Positions 49,351 to 61,729 of a stretch of 64,000 nt of DNA are shown piece after piece. The translations under genes were made by a program, and so were the position numbers. The notes beneath the pieces were generated by a model. That model was not told the DNA's origin. It did not search any database and was given only the letters and a program-made list of their open reading frames with translations. This stretch comes from Nageia nagi (taxonomy: Eukaryota; Plantae; Pinophyta). Numbering within the stretch: the first letter of the stretch is position 1; each line of letters starts with the position of its first letter. The stretch lies in contig JBITNC010000001.1 of the NCBI GenBank assembly GCA_050084985.1, positions 164,548,001 through 164,612,000 on the forward strand, in the 5' to 3' direction.

Positions 49351-51767
49351 AGAGAGAAAGCTCATCAAAGGTAAGTGCATCTAACCAAGACCATATTATA
49401 TCTCAATTTTGGCTTTGTGGCTCAAGGTCCATTAGATAAATCTAGCAATGCATACATCAAGATAAGGTATGCATTAGTTATTTATCATTTATATATACTT
49501 TATATTTATTATATAAATAATTATAAAATACAAGTACATTTTACATGAAAAATGCTATTTTTCATATACAAAGACCTGGTAATATAGTGATTATAAAAAC
49601 TTTCATTCTACCCACCTAGTGCCATTGAGAGATAGATGAACTATACTAATTATGTATCACATTAGACCTTAAAATTTAGTGATAAAATTGAAAACTAAAA
49701 AGCTATAATGAAAAAATAGAAACATTCACATTTCCACAACTAGAAACTTTAAAATCATAAAACCCTTATTTAAACCTAAAACCCTGGAGATCGTAGTGAT
49801 GAATTGGATAAAATACACCCTACAATTTCAAAAAAAATAAAAAATCTTATAAAATATAATAAAAATGAACATATAGAGAGAATTTAACTTACCACATGAG
49901 TCGCCAACTTATTGTTGTGAGAGAGCTACTCCCTATGACCAATTTCATCTTTTAATACCATGGTTGATGGTAGGAAGTCATTAATGATGATCACACTATC
50001 ATATAAATGCTTAGTTATCACATATAATTTAGCTAACCCTTATAAATTAAACCTTAATACTAGAGTTCAAAATCATAGAAGACAATGCACAAATGAAACA
50101 TACCGCTCCCCTTTTTATTAAAATTCATTAGAACACCTTTTTGAGATAAAAATATGAAATTAGATATGTAGGAGACCTAATCACATATACAAAATAAAAT
50201 TTTATCTTCATCTTCAAATTGAAAATCCCTTTAAATTTTAAAAAAATTCAAGGTAACCTCATAGGGTTGATACTGCTATTAGTTTCCACTAGGAAAAAGA
50301 ACAAAAAGGTTAGTAAGTGTAAGAAAGAAACTTCAAAGCAATAAGTGAATATCAAAAAGTTCAATCCAAAAGATTTTTCAAGGTAGAAAATTCAACAAAC
50401 ATTTTCCTCAAGAATAATAATGTTAATTCTAGAAAAGAATTTCAAAATATTGGGTATATGAAAGCATGAAATATGTGGAGGCATGCTCTCATGAAGATAC
50501 ACAAGAAGTTATCTCAATCCTTCACCTTTTTTTTATGTAAGTACAATGGTACGATCTTCTTACATACACCATTTTGTTTAAGGATTCATAATTGCATACT
50601 TGATAATATATCATGATGTATTGTATGTTCTATCCTTCTATCCTTTGTTCCTTCATATGCTAGAAAATTAGTCATCACATATCCTTTGTATGCTCTCATA
50701 TTTTTTGGTTAGGTTTTGAATTAAAATCAATGTATATGAATGGGATTCTTGATATCACCATGATGATGAATTAGTCCATGAATGGGGTATGAGGTATTTT
50801 CATGATGAAAATATGTGTTCTTTATAATATGCTTTTATATATGTTTGAAAAATATTGTATTTATTAAAAGATGAGTGTATGCCTAAAAAATGTCTATGAA
50901 TGGGGTATTAGGTTATACTATGACAACATATGATAGTCTATAAATGGAGAATTTATTACTTCCATGATGAGATATATTATATTAATTTCATCTTTTCTCC
51001 TTATTGTTATATCATTTAAGATGAATATATTATTTCATATTTGCTACTGCTAATGATATGACTTTATAAGATGAATACATCTGCTTTTTGAATATGTTAT
51101 TTTTTTTCCTATCATCATAGGTTCTTTGCATTTGATAGTATGATATAATGAGATGAATATTATTCTCATTGATCTACTCTATTATATTTGAGATCATTTA
51201 TTTCCTTATTATTTTATGCTTAGTCAATTCATATGATACATAGGTTCATTCAATAATACTTTCCTATATTTTATTGGAATTGCAATGTTCACTTAGGAAC
51301 ATTTAGTTCTTATTAATTTAAAATAAGAATAAATGTAATGTTTAGATACCCAATTTTAAGAAGGAACTAAAGCCCACTCATGTAATAAATAATCCAATGT
51401 ATATTTATAATGGTCGGGCATTGAATAATAATCAAAGTGGGCTCCTTTATATATAAATACAACTATGTGGCTATAGTATTGAATGTAAGTGAAATGAACT
51501 AGAGCATAGTTTATTATCATTCCTTTTTTTTTTTATTTCACTCTCATAATAATATTTTAAGAGTTCTTAAAATAGAAAGTGATATTTTTGACTTGTAGGT
51601 TGAAATATAAAATAATGTTATAGTTTAATGAAAATTTTTAGTATCATAATGAAAGCAACATCTTTATATCATTTCATTAGTTTTTTATGAAATAATAATT
51701 TGCACTAGAATTATATTTCATTAAAATGCAATATAAAGAATATTATTATTGATATAATTATATTTGT

Positions 51768-51930
51768 ATAGCTATGGGTTGATTTGGTTACATGTGGACC
51801 TTGCTGTGTCTTGAGTCCCGTGTTCAATTCCCACTAGCTATAACATATATTGTACTCCCCATACAATTTTCCCATAGACCATTGTTGGTCTGCTGTGGAC
51901 ATTAATAAACTTTATTTCTTTCTATTTAAT
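51768..51930 (+). mobile_element. tRNA-derived SINE copy 2
   Basis: atagcta.tggg ... GTTCAATTCCCAC.tagctat forms a closing stem; the body is homologous to copy 1. Confidence 0.6.
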
Positions 51931-53308
51931 AATGTCTTTTTATTTTAGATGCTAAAATAATATACTAAATTTTTAAATTTTAAAAAACAATAATAAGATT
52001 CAATATATATAACTATAGAGGCATTTATAAAATTTAATATACCTTAAACTTTATAACACTAAACTAAAAAAAGGCCTTTAGCAATGAATCAAAACCCTCA
52101 ATAAATAGATTTAGTGGTGATATCACAACCACCATTATTGAGGGTATTGATTAAAGTATCAAATCTAAGGTGGCAAGTCAAACTTGCTAGTGTAAAGTTA
52201 AATTTCCTATCACATAAGCTCCTTAAATTGACCTTCAGGTATTTAAGGTGATGATGTTTACTAGCCATATTAGAATTTAAGAGGGTGGGTTATGCCTATT
52301 GCCAAATATTTATTATTTTAAAAATAATAGGTATAATATTGAAGCATTCTTTCACCATGTGGAAGAATACTTCCAAACTACACCATCCTTGGTTACCTGA
52401 GGTTCAACATGAAGCTCAATCATAGTGCTGGCCATAGGTTCTCAAAGGATGGACCAATGGAACTAATCGATCACCATTCAATTCTTACTCATCCTAGTCC
52501 AAGGATTGGCAACACCCAAAGGAACACTTAATTACATGTCAGTAATGATCTAGTCCATGGATATGAAATGACCTTGAGTGCATCATATGAAATGATCTAG
52601 ATGTACCAACATATGATATGAAGTGATCCAATAACTTCAAGTACAAAAAGTAGTAAAAGGTTACTTTACCTATAGGAAATGAAGCAATTAAGGTTTTCAA
52701 CTATGCATACTCATCTCTAAGTCTATAACCATTCACAACTAGAATGATGTCATTGTCTAGAACCCAATATAGTATAGTTTATCAGGATAAGTATGCTTTA
52801 TCCCATACTATGTGATTCTAAAAGAAAATACATGAAAAAGAAGAATTAGGTCATATAGGAAAGGTAAAACCTAGAAAAAATGATATTCCATAACAATGAT
52901 ATTAGTAACTACACTTACTCAATATTTCTATAGCAACTCTTGCACTAATATCTTTGGTGTTGAGATGTAATTTGTAGTTATTCATTTGCAAAGTATAGTC
53001 CTATTACAATCATTTGGGTAGAATTATATAATTCTTGATGTGAGTGTTATAAAAAACATGCCAAAAAGTGACCAAAAACCTTTTTTATCTTGTACAATTA
53101 GACCAAAAGTGATAAGTTGGCCTCCAACATCCTATGTTCTAAAATGATGCAATTGTACTAGTATAGAAGTGATAAGTTGGAAAAAATGTACTTGTAATAC
53201 TTGTATAAATACAAAAAAATATGTGGTTCCCAAATGCTGCATCTTATGTTGAAATTGTATACCATATTTGAATCATTTGAGCATAACTGAACTATAGAGC
53301 ATAATCTT

Positions 53309-56102
53309 TTTTTTTCAAGGTAAATGATTTTATTTCCAAAAAAGAGGAAAATGAGGTTTATGGTTGAACCCAAAATAGATTACAAAGTATCCAAAGGATA
53401 TTCAAATGAAGCCCATGAAAGAAAAATGAAGATTACAATTTGAATATCATAATAAAATAACATTCTAGATAGATACTAATATTCCTATGCAAAAAATTAC
53501 TTGGACTTCACACATAAGCCCCTAGACTGGCTTGTTAATGCATCCAACATGTGAAGTGAGTCATGTTTTGACCATAAGACCTAGCTACTAGTAGCGATTC
53601 ATCACCAATCTGCCAAGTGATCTTGGATGTTTGTGAGAGGTAGTCCACCTAACCCATTAGAATCGTTGTTGCCTTACGAATTTGCTGATTTTCCATCCAC
53701 CTTTGCTGGTTAATAAGATTTAGATTGTAAAGCTCCTATTTATGCTCTATATTTGCTTAACTATGTTCCCTCTCATCCTATGGCTATGCAATGGGTTGAA
53801 ATGATATTTCTACAAGCACTTTAACATAAACTAATTTAAGTATACCTTGGTGAGTTGGGAGACCATGCCAAATCTATCTTGCTTTCTCCATCGATATTTG
53901 GATCGAGTGAGCAAGGAAATACATAAAATTCATATTATGATCCAAAAAATGATTCATAGGTGCCATATGGAGGCTCAAAACCACTACATTATATCCTTCC
54001 AAAGTGAAATAAGCAACAATTATGGAGTGAATTGCTCTCCAATCGGGTGGTAGATGATAAGGATTATACCCTAAATGAAGACACTTCATGGGTGTTACTC
54101 TTTCCATAAAAAAGTTCACTGTTTGATGTTTGTCCTTCATTTCTTATCTAAGCTTCATTCTTACTTAAGGCAAACTAGTAATATACATAATGTTGAATTC
54201 ATCGAAAGAAAAAGTGACTACCCCTACCACAACTTTACCATTTTCCCAATTCTGAACAATGGCTCTTGATAAATTAACATCATGCCTCTTTAGTAAATTA
54301 TGCAATTTTAAAATTACATCTAGTATATCCCATAAACATGCATCCTCATTTAATCTTCTGTTATTAGCTAGTTCTATCCTATGAGGATCCATGGCTTCAA
54401 ACCTGCACACTACACCAAAATTTATGTTGGCCTTCTTGAGAATAATTTGTATTAGATACATAACAAGGAATCTATGAAAATTAAGCATGGAGGGTGAATT
54501 ATGATAGACATTAGATAGATTTGAAGTGTATGAATTATCCCCTTTATGCAATGAAGTATTAATGATCAACAGACTTAGAGCATGCAAGTATTCATAGGTG
54601 GCATGTGGCAAGCAAGTGAACTGACTGTGCATCCACCATTGAACCTTCTCCCTTCTCTGCATGTGTGTAACTCCTTCATTACATCTCAAACATTGAGGTT
54701 TGTTCTAGTCCATTATGATATCGAGGAAGTACCTAATTTCCTTACTTTTCTTTGTAATCATCATTAAACATAGTAATTAGGTCCATTTTACCAAAGTCTT
54801 CATCTACCTTGAAATGATTTGTCCCCCATATCACATTCTCTATAAACACTTTCAAGGCCCATTTGAAAAATTCCTTAATACTTGAGCTATTCTCCTTAAA
54901 CATATGTGAGTTTCATTACTTCCACACACTCCAACAACAAATATGATCTAATAGGATTGTGCTCTTCTCTTTTTTCAAATTCAATTTTTTTGGAATTGAA
55001 TATTGCTCCAAGAGATCCCTTTTGTTTTAGGCATAACCCAAACTAAATTGAGACCTTGTAGTGTTAAGTGTAACACTTGAGTCATGAAATAAGAATGAAT
55101 TAGGATATGATTTTTTTCCTCCTCCACTTGATGACAAAGAAAGCATTTAATCACCCAATTGGAAGCTCCTATGGCAAAGAATATCTATAGTTAAAATTGC
55201 TTCATGTCCAATTGTATAGAGAAAGAAAGCTAGTTTTGGAAATAAACTTTTGCCCACACTTTTTTCCAAATTTGCTATATAGGAGCTTCCTCATTCAGCC
55301 AAGAGACTGTAACCTTGATGCTAAACTTGTCATTTTTTACAAAGGTACAAACAATTTGATCATTAGTGTTGATTTCATCCAAATTAATGCTTTGAAGCTC
55401 CTTTCTAATAATGTCTAACTGAACATTGATATTATTATTGTGCTCCTTTGAATGTGCCATTCACCAATCCCATTTTCTATTCTAATGTAATATTGAGCTT
55501 TAACACCTTGATGCAATATTTCCTAATTAGAAATGTACTTCATCTCCTTATAAGTTATTAGACATTCCCTTAGCCAAGTGTCTTCCCAAAAGAAGACTTG
55601 ATGACCATTTTTAATTTTCCAAGCTACATTTTGTAACATCATTCTCTTTGTGGCTCTTAAAACATTCTAGAAGATTGAGCCTATAGGATGAACCATTAGT
55701 TCTAATAAAAGAATTTACTCCTTCAAGGTATTTATCCTTGCATATCTTAACCCATTCCACTGCATCATTGTAATCAAGTTTTCAAGGTAATTTTGCTCTT
55801 AGAATTTTCATTTTTCTCAATCCTAAACCCACTTTATTATTATCTTGATGAAATTTATCCCATGCTAATAGAGACCATTTCTATTTCTCCTCTGTTCCAG
55901 CTCACAAAAATCTATGATAGATTCTATTAATCTCATAACTTACTGAAGTTGATATTTTGAATGCTATAGAGCTATATATGGGCATACTTTGAAGAGTTGA
56001 TTTTATTAGTTGAAGTTTACCAACATGGCTTAAAGTTGCTTCTTTCCACCTTATCAATTTTGAATTATTTTTAAAAATAATGGTATCCCAAAAATCTTTC
56101 TC
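53309..56102 (-). mobile_element. 5'-truncated L1-clade LINE with poly(A) and a 9-bp TSD
   Basis: TSD cataatctt at 53300-53308 and 56103-56111, with a T-run at the left end. KLIRWKEATLSHVGKLQLIKSTLQSMPIY is the L1 post-RT motif; RNase H end-like VYRECDMGTNH at ~54815-54850. Confidence 0.88.
53700..54392 (-). pseudogene. Extra ORF3 in the 3' part of the LINE (plant transposon accessory protein-like)
   Basis: ORFs 54165-54689 and 53874-54140 are in the same frame, and the frame continues past 53874. It starts at GCCATGG (ATG 54392) after an acceptor-like tgcAG: MDPHRIE...NWENGKVVVGVVTFSFDEFNIMYITSLP*...LPPDWRAIHSIIVAYFTLEG...MNHF...FLAHS...PTHQGILKL. Confidence 0.65.
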
Positions 56103-57789
56103 CATAATCTTCATATCCAAAAATAGGACCCAAAAGTTGATGTGACCAAAAGTGATAAGTTGGCCTCATCCACCTTGTATTTCAAAATGATGCAACTGTA
56201 TCAATCCAAAAGTGGTAAGTTCACAAAAATATTTGTAATACATAGCCAAATATAGAAAAAATAAGTAATTCCTAAGTGTTTCATCTTATGTTGAAATTGT
56301 AGACCATATTTGAACCATTTGAGCATAATTAAAACTGTAGAGCATAATCTTCATGTCCAAAAAAGGGCCCAAAAGTTGATGTGACCAAAAGTGATAAGTT
56401 GGCCTCATCTATCCTATGTTATGAAAAGATGCAATTGTACCAATCCAAAAGTGGTAAGTTAGCAAAAATATGCTTGTAATACTTAGCTAAACATAGAAAA
56501 AACATATGATTCCCAAGTGTTGCGTATTATGTTGAAACTATAGACCATATTTAAATAGTTTGAGCATAATTGAAATTGTAGACCATATTTGAAAAATTTT
56601 AGCATAATTTAAAGATTAGACCATATTTAAATAATTTGAGCATAATTGAAACTGTAGAGCATAATCTTCATGTTCAAAAATATTGTACAATTAGATCAAA
56701 AGTTATAAGTTGGCCTCATCCACCCTATGTTCTAAATGGATACAACTATACCAATATAAAAGTGGTAAGTTAGTAAAATCAATCTTATAATACTTAGCCA
56801 AACATAAAAAAATCATGTGGTTCCCAAGTGTTGCATCTTATATTGAAACTGTAGATCATATTTGAATCATTTAAGCATAATTGAAATTGTAGATCATAAT
56901 ATTCATGTTTAAAGATAAGGCACAAAAGCTAATGTGACCAAAAGTGAGAAGTTGGCCTCATCCACCCTATATTGTGAAATGGTGCAACTATTCCAATCCG
57001 GAAGTGGTAAGTTGCCAAATATAGAAAAAGCATGTGGTTACTAAGTGTTGTATATTCTGTTGAAACTATAGGCCATATTTGAATAATTTGTGCATAATTG
57101 AAATCGTAGAATATAATTTTATGTCCAAAAATATTTTACAACTAGACCAAAAGTGATAAGTTGGCCTCATCCATCCTATGTTGTGAAATGATGCAATTGT
57201 ACCAATCCAAAAGTGGTAAGTTGATAAAAACATGCTTGTAAAACTTAGCCAAATATAGAAAAAATATGTGGTTCCCATGTGTTTCATCTTATGTTGAAAC
57301 TATATATCATATTTGAATCATTTGAGCATAATTGAAAATGTAGATCATAATATATATTCTAAAATGATGCAACTGTATCATGTGTTCTAAAATGATTCAA
57401 TTACACCATATGATATAAAATGATCTAAATACACTACATGACATGAAAAAATAATAGGATATGATCTAAGTATCTTTGAAACCTCATGAAGTGATAGAAG
57501 CATCAAATTTGCTATTTGAAACCTCCAATAAATTCATACCTCATACTGAACTATCTAAATAGATCATGTGATATGAAATGATCTAAGTAAATAATATAGT
57601 CTAAAAGTAACTCCCAAATTTAATATTTAATTATATTCACCTATTACAAAAATAAAGAATGAATAGGCAATAAATAATAACATTTCCAACAACTTATACA
57701 TTTAAACATGTTATAAAATATGGATATACAAGTTTAGTATTTAAATATATAACATATATTAGGATTCCAATCAAGATACAAGATAATGC

Positions 57790-60700
57790 TCACAAATATA
57801 TACCCTCAAAATCACCATGAGCATTTTGAATTTTTCCATCATTTGCATTATCATCTTGTGCAATTTCAAGTTCAATGAAATCTATTGCTCTAGGGACATT
57901 GGCATAATCTACATCATATGCTTGAATGTCTCTTATCGCTCTTGGAGGCAATATAAGAGCCACATAACAACTAGGTTCTCTAAATCTTATACATAAAATA
58001 CTTCTTTGGATTATGATACTAGAATAAATGTATCATATTATCATCTATCCCCACATTGTAATTTGTTCATGTTGACCTTTGTGAAGTCCATTTCATCATT
58101 TTTACATCCACTCTTCTTTTCAAGAATATTCACCCACTCATGTTTGAATATAGTGTGTTGAAATTGATAACAATACAACACAATTATTTCTCTAATAACA
58201 CCATAATATGTAATTATTTTAAGCACCATGTTTGTGTCTTTTGTGCTTGATTTTCACCTGATAATTACATTGATACACACACACACCACTATTTTTAGTT
58301 ATTCTTTTCTCATCTATGTATTTGGTATTAAATATATAATTATTGATGAAATGGCCTAAAAATATGGTGTCAACTTGATTCAAACCACGTACCAACCATT
58401 CCATTGTGTCAAATTCATCACCATTTTGTTGATTTCCATCTCTTCAACATTGAAACAAAGAATAATAGTTAGAATATGAATGTAGAATATTACATGATGA
58501 TCAGTATTAATATTAGCATAATAAGCTAATCTCATAGATAAGGAATGAATTTATAAATATGATTTGTTTGTAACCATGCTTCATCTCTCACTGCATGAGG
58601 GTTGGATTCCTTGATACTCATCTTGTGCTTCTTGATTTGGTCCAAATTTTATCAAGTATAGTTGAATTTAAATAATATTTAACTATAAAATTAAAATAAA
58701 TAGACATGTACTCTACCCAATGTTGAACTTCATCCATATTAAGGAGAACACATCGATAGGATTTCTTGAGAGAAATGGGATCTAACTTAAAGAATTTTCT
58801 AGTAAAAATTACCCTCCCGTAGACTATAGTCTCTTTTTCTTCATCAATCCCTACCTAATTACGATTGATTGCCTTTAAACCTCTGATGTTGTCTATATAG
58901 AATAAAACATATTCCTCAATGAGATACCATTTTGCAATACAACCTTCAATCCTATCCTAGTTCTTTACATAACCTTTATAAAAATTCATAATTATGAGAA
59001 AGAAAATAAATATTTTTGATTTTATGAGTCACTAAATTTTTTTATAAAAATGGTGGTTTATGAAACTGATAAATGCATACAAACCTCTCGAAAGGGTACA
59101 TACATTGATATTGCACATGTCCACATAGAAGTACCTCCTACACCAAGTGCACTATTAAGTGTATCATGATATCAAAAAATTAAGTAAGGAAGTATTTTTC
59201 AAGAAAACATAACATCTTCACAATCTCTTCCTATAATTTCTTCATTTTTATGGGATATACCACTTTTACGCAAAGATCTTTATCGAACATGCACACCTTA
59301 CAAATGTTTGTTTGTACAATATTTTCAAGCACATATCATTATTCTATTGAAAGAAGATAATTCAAGAGAACATGATCAATGTCTGATTTCATATTGATAA
59401 TATTAAGTTCTTTCATAGATACATATATACTCATTTTTGAACTATATCCATCAGGCAATTTCAAATTGTAAAATATTTGATAGAAAATTTATTTCTCATT
59501 TTTTGATAGATTTTAGGGTACTTCTAGAAGATATGTCTTTTTTTTTTTAATTATTGGCCATAATGGTTTCTTGATCTTCATATTTAATAAATCCTAATGG
59601 GATTTTTTACCATCCTTTGACTTTCCTTCAATACTTAGAAATGTTTCTAATAGGTCTTCGCAAACATTCTTCTCCATATGCATCACATCCAAGTATATGT
59701 TGTTCATAACTAGAAACATCAAACTAAAATTACTAAATATTTAGATATATAACAACAAATATAGAACTTAAATTGCATGTTATACCTCCCAATATGACAA
59801 ATTGAAGAGTATATATTTCTTCTTCCATCCTACTACAAGAGACATGCTATGATAATCCTTCTTGCATTTCCCTTTTTTTGATTCCCTCTTTTCCCAATAT
59901 ATTAGGATTCCCTATATTTTTTCACAATATTTTAGTCCTAGTTAAATATTTTGGTGTTTTATCTTGCTATTATTGGCCATTGAAAGATGTTTTTTGACAA
60001 TGAAATGGATGATATTTAGGAAGGAATCTCCTATGGACCAAGTAAATGATCTTTTTATTGCATTTAATATATTCTAAATATTTTTTTTCACCATATATTG
60101 AACATATTACTATTCCCTTTATCATACATCCTAACATGTTTCTATAAGTAGGAAAATCATGAATGAACCACATCAATATTGCTCTCATATTGAATATAGT
60201 ATTGTGAAATGCATCATAAGTTTGCACTCCTTCAACACATAATTTGTGCAAGTCATCAACCAATGACTATAGAAAAATAATAATATCTTTTCCTAGTTAC
60301 TTGGGACCAAACATTAACAATTTGAGCATTGAATAATTTCTCTTCATTGATATTGATGGAGGAAGGTTGTAAATGACCAACATAATGGGCCAATAATTGT
60401 TACCAAAACTAAAATCATCAAAGGGGTTTAACCCATTGGTTGAAATTACCAATTGTACATTTCATGGATCATTAATAAAATCTAACCATTTATCATCTAT
60501 CATTTTACATGATGGAAAGTCGATTGGATTTTATATATTGATATATGAAATCTTATGCTAGGAATACCAAATCATATTCTTTGCAACAATTGTAGAGCTA
60601 CAAGAAGAAATAAACTCACTTTAGCCACATCCAACATTGTTGAAATAAAAAAATACAAGTAAGGTAATGGTATAAATAAAAATATTTACCTTTACATTCT

Positions 60701-61510
60701 CTACAATCTTGATATAATGGGGATATACTTAAAACACCTTTGCAATAATCTTACTATGTTGTTTAATTTTTGAATGAGGGGTAATTTTCTAATAAGAAAC
60801 ACCATATTTTGGGCAAGCTTGAATATTTTCATAATATTTATAATATAAAATAAAATTTATTTTTTCATGCTTGTATCATTACACAATCTAGTCCTAATGG
60901 CTTCAATATTTTCTTCATAGCATATGGGGACTCTGGAATTGTATTACCGATTGGGAACATATATTTTAGTAACTCTAATAATTCACCAAAGATTTTATAT
61001 AACCAACCATTTTTTTCTTTGATATAATATAATTTAGCTATTATTGGTAATTTTGTGAAATTTATATAGCCTAGGTATAATGGTTGTTTGTTGGCACCTT
61101 CAACCAAGCCACAAAATTCATCAGGAGTATGTTGGAACTTGAAATCATTATCTTGTATTTCTTGTACACTCTTTGAGAAACTCATATTAAATATTTTGAT
61201 AATATCATATTATACACCTTCAATATTTAGACACTCATCCATGGTAATGCATGCGTCTGATGCAAACTGATCAATAGTAGATTTTTTTCTCCATGCAAAA
61301 CAAATCATTATATATCTTATCCATTCCATGGATAAATAGGTTCTCACAAACCTTATCAAGACCAAGAGTTTCCATATTTTGACACATCCAACATGGACAT
61401 CTAATTCTTTCAAGGTTCCTTTAATTCTTTCTTACCAAATCAATGAATTACTCAACCCCATGTACATATTCCTCGCTATTTCTAGGTGCTTGTAACTAAG
61501 GTTTTTCCAT
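57790..61510 (-). pseudogene. CACTA TnpD/Tnp2 transposase (Transposase_21, DUF4218 and DUF4216-like segments)
   Basis: PLYLGY..FTKL...KLY.IK..NGW...F.ELL.LLK.MFP.GN.IP.S.Y..KK....LGL (60865-61185); DDL..L..EGV.TYDA....FNMRAILMW.IHDFP.Y...G...HRRFLP..HPF (59970-60263); MYPFER (~59085-59102); YYGVIREI..L.....IFK.EWV (58041-58229). Confidence 0.92.
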
Positions 61511-61618
61511 GATGTTTGATAAAAAATCTTCTTGTACATGACCACATCATAGATAAGGTGAAATTTAACTTTTATTCATACCCTCATATATATAATAATA
61601 ATAATAATAATACATAAC

Positions 61619-61622
<4 letters not shown>

Positions 61623-61652
<30 letters not shown>
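61623..61652. repeat. (TA)n microsatellite
   Basis: Direct TA run, preceded by a short (TAA)n at ~61593-61611. Confidence 0.9.
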
Positions 61653-61656
<4 letters not shown>

Positions 61657-61729
61657 AAAAATATACAAGAATACATAAGGCCCTATTGCATTATTCTTGG
61701 GATGAATCATTACACATTCATTGTTGACC

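Larger units (their letters stand above)
43276..51275 (+). mobile_element. Highly decayed Tat/Ogre-like Gypsy element(s)
   Basis: PPT aagggggcaac (43591) followed by an LTR-like start at 43602. Blocks 43276-43425 and 44226-44390 recur at 51001-51130 and 51152-51275. A gag/protease remnant and an antisense PMD remnant lie between. Confidence 0.55.
53101..57350 (+). repeat. ~210-240-bp tandem array inside the CACTA element, split by a LINE
   Basis: The unit gaccaaaagtgataagttggcctc... starts at 53101, 56144, 56383, 56694, 56936 and 57144. Confidence 0.9.
52057..61620 (-). mobile_element. CACTA (En/Spm) DNA transposon, decayed; one TIR visible
   Basis: CACTA-aactaaaaaaaggcctttagcaatg at 52057 is a typical CACTA terminus. 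Contains a TnpD pseudogene and an internal tandem array. The opposite TIR was not found. Confidence 0.75.

Noticed and set aside
52270-52560. CACTA TnpA C-terminal remnant (SVPLG on minus)
   Set aside because: The position fits, but the similarity is only a four-residue motif.
1986-61413. Remaining 60-120 aa ORFs in the supplied track
   Set aside because: No recognisable domains. They lie in LTRs, tandem repeats, AT-rich DNA or antisense to TE relics, at lengths expected by chance.
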